Origin: Hyphochytrium catenoides | Lineage: Eukaryota > Protista > Hyphochytriomycota | NCBI GenBank assembly: GCA_900088475.1 | Contig: FLMG01002747.1 | Span: 1 to 64,000, forward strand | DNA length: 64,000 nt | Direction of reading: 5' to 3' | Shown: in pieces, positions 61,421-64,000 of the stretch | Layout of the letters: each line of letters begins with the position of its first letter | Position numbering within the stretch: position 1 is the stretch's first letter | Notes under the pieces: model-generated | Seen by the model: the letters and a program-made list of their open reading frames with translations, nothing else | Told to the model about the DNA's origin: nothing | Databases searched by the model: none | Made by a program: the position numbers and the translations under genes

Positions 61421-62392
61421 ATGAGCACCAAGGAAGAGAGGAAGACCAAAGCAGGGCCATTCTCTCTCGCTCTCTTCTTTGCTGCTTCTTCCAAGCCTCC
61501 GCACCCTGGCCTTCTGGAGCTCTCTTCTTGATATCTTGGGCTCTGCAGGCTATGTGGCCCAATGGGGCGCCCTCCTTATGGTCGATGAAGAGGAAATCTT
61601 CGGTTATTCTCATAGGTTTGTTACGCTGGTGCTGGCCATGCATGATAATGCTTCTTAACTCTCTGTTCTCTCTCTCTTCCTCTTTATCTCTCTCTCTCTT
61701 TCCCTCGATCTCTTTCTCTAGCTCTCTATCCTGCTTAGAAATACTGGCCGAAGTGCTCAACGTCCTCGGCAGTGTTCTTTATGGCATAACCGCGGTGTTG
61801 ACTCAAGAGAGAGAGACTCTCGTCCTCGAGTACATTGCATCGATTGTCTTCCTCGTAGGTTCTCTCCTCTACTGCTTCACATGGTACCATCAAGTAGAAC
61901 ATGTGGCTAGAGACTGCCGCGAAGGGAAGAAGAAAGATAGCGAAAGCTATCAGGGCGTCGTGAAGAGAGAAGGGAACCTGGGAAAGGGGAAGTTCTCTCT
62001 TTCCTCTTCTCTCCATCTCACCTCCCCTTCGCCATTTAGCTTAGAGCTCTGGAAACATGCGCTCAATGTCTTTCCTGCCTTTCTGTACGTCCTTGCGGGA
62101 AATGTGGGACTCTGGCTCTTTATGCTGCCGGGTAATGGCGACACTGAGCCTCGACGTCTAGGTAGACAAGGAGGAACTTTTTGTCTGTCTCCTCTGCTGT
62201 GTCTTCACCCTTCGGTTAGCCTCCTCTCTGGTAATGATGCTTTGTCTTCCGCTCTGCCTTCTCGGTCTCTCAGGTCCTCTTCTCTCTTTCAGCTACTCTT
62301 GTCTCTCTTTTCCATACATTAAAGCTTTGTCTCTTACGTCCACTCTCGATTCTTTCCTTCTCTCTCTCTTCTGCAGGCCTGTTGACTTCATT

Positions 62393-62430
<38 letters not shown>

Positions 62431-62846
62431 TTGGAAAAGGACCCTTCTCTCTCAGAAACGAGGAAGAGAGTTGTCCCATAAATGCAAACAATAGTGATCC
62501 GCTCCTTTGGTATCTCTTGACGCACGGCATTCCCCTGATAGCTGAAAGAGGAAGAAGGACAAAAGTAGCCGCAGCAGCAGCAGTCTCTCTCCCTTCTTCT
62601 CTCTCACAGGACTATAGACAAACAGTAGAGAACGCCGTCTCTCAGCACAGAGTCTCGCTTGAAAAAGGGAGTCTAGGGCTTTATGTGCTAGCTGACTGTC
62701 TCTGGTTCTTGGGAGCGATGCTCTCACTGCACTCAAGTATGACAAGTGCTAGAGAAGAGAGAGAGGGACAAGGCCAAGAAGAAGATGACAAGCTAGAGAG
62801 AGATGGGACTAGATCAGCTATGGTCTATAGTTACACTCCATTGTGA
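61421..62846 (+). pseudogene. Paralog 3 of the 6-TM family, frameshifted
   Basis: TLAFWSSLLDILGSAGYVAQWGALLMVDEEEIFGYSHRFVTLVLA closely matches paralog 2. A CATG-CATG duplication (61637-61644) shifts the frame, there is no in-frame ATG upstream, and TM5 and TM6 lie in different ORFs. Confidence 0.75.
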
Positions 62847-63367
62847 GTTTGCAAGGAAGTATGGAGAAGACCCTGTCTTACCACGGGGAAGGAAAGAGTT
62901 GGTTTCCACTCAGGGCAAGCAGCCAACCTCATCACACCGGAGAAGAAAGACACGAACCCAGCTTCATCACTACCGACAAGAAGAGAGAGAGAAACAGAAA
63001 GCGCGGAGGATAAAATAAGAGTGATATGATAGTCGGAAGAAAGAGGCGGAGAAGAGAGACAAGAAGGGAGAGAGAAGCTGGAGAGAGAGAGAGCGGGAGC
63101 CCGCGCAGACGTCACACTTCAGCTCAAAGGTTTGCCGTTTTATGTCACTTGGACACCTGCAACTAACCTCCGCTGAATGTCCTTCGTTCCACCTTCTTGA
63201 CCGTGTGGCCGTAGTTAATATTACAAAGTACTTCTCGACGGCTTATCGTGCTATCGACCTTTTGCCGCTAAATGGCTCTTCCTTTCTCTTTCTCGCATCA
63301 CTCTTATATCGGACCTGCTCTCCGTGCCTCTATGTCTCTCTCCCTCTTTCTGGCTCGTTCCGCAAAC

Positions 63368-63841
63368 CTACTGCATCTTCTCTTGAACTACAGCTGTTTG
63401 CCCAACGATCCGGCCCATAACTCCCTGCGCCGCTTGCCCTACGCCATGAAGAGATTGGTGAAAGATGTAGACTCCTGCCCACACAGCGCTAGACACGAAG
63501 ATTCCCATCATCCGTAAGCCAAAGTCCAGTCCGCTCTTCACCATGGGACGCACGGAGGAGAAAGGGCAGAAGAGAGACGTGATGACCTCCGATGGGTTAT
63601 AAAAGTCTTCCTGAGAGGCAATGACCCATCTTAACGCTTGTCTCTTCTCTTTTCCTTCTTCTCCCGCTTCTTGTTGTTCTTCTGGTCGTAGAAGTCTGAG
63701 AGTGAAGAGCGAGAGGACCCTAATCTCTGTCTTGGAAGGGAAGAATAGAGGATGGATGTGATACCGCACTTCGGTCATGACTGTAAGTTTCTCCCTGTCA
63801 ATGACTGCAACCGAGGATGGCATAAAGAGGATGGTCAGCAC
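63368..63841 (-). CDS. 3' part of a putative NTF2-like (SigF-like) protein; 5' end unresolved or beyond the window
   Basis: SVAVIDREKLTV..PLFFP..IRVLSLFTLRL..RWVIASQEDFYNPSEV resembles the beta-rich NTF2-like family with an I..QED.Y motif. In-frame stops lie immediately upstream, so it may be disrupted. Confidence 0.45.
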   Translation of the reverse strand: MLTILFMPSSVAVIDREKLTVMTEVRYHIHPLFFPSKTEIRVLSLFTLRLLRPEEQQEAGEEGKEKRQALRWVIASQEDFYNPSEVITSLFCPFSSVRPMVKSGLDFGLRMMGIFVSSAVWAGVYIFHQSLHGVGQAAQGVMGRIVGQTAVVQEKMQ

Positions 63842-63924
63842 TCAGGTGAGATCAACTACTAAGAAGCGTTAGGCCACATTGAAGAGCCGATGGAGACGAG
63901 CCAAAAATAGGAAAGAAGAAGAAA

Positions 63925-63959
<35 letters not shown>

Positions 63960-64000
63960 AAACGGAAAGAGGGCATGAAAGAGTGCTGAATGGGACGTGG

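Overview
Eukaryotic nuclear scaffold with GT-AG introns, abundant (GA)n/(CT)n microsatellites and six N-gaps. A stramenopile origin is likely but is inferred only from the look of the membralin and secreted proteins. Left to right: a 5'-partial coiled-coil/TPR gene; membralin (TMEM259); a TpA-rich decayed region; an accessory secretory island (17.8-29.4 kb) with four intact trypsin-family serine proteases that share a short disulfide C-terminal tail, plus an intronless secreted 16-Cys two-repeat protein; a copia-like relic; a conserved block (PGM2, class I glutamine amidotransferase, Nudix hydrolase, NEMF/Rqc2, EAPP, stand-alone Rib2-type deaminase, SPIDR-like gene); a tandem array of three paralogous 6-TM membrane genes; and a partial NTF2-like gene at the right edge. 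The 6-TM proteins are built from a threefold hairpin repeat with intramembrane Asn/Asp; copy 1 has a SAM-like loop and copy 3 is frameshifted. The best candidates for an undescribed system are the 6-TM array and the protease/Cys-rich island. Gene models were spliced by hand and family calls come from motif recognition; no database searches were run.
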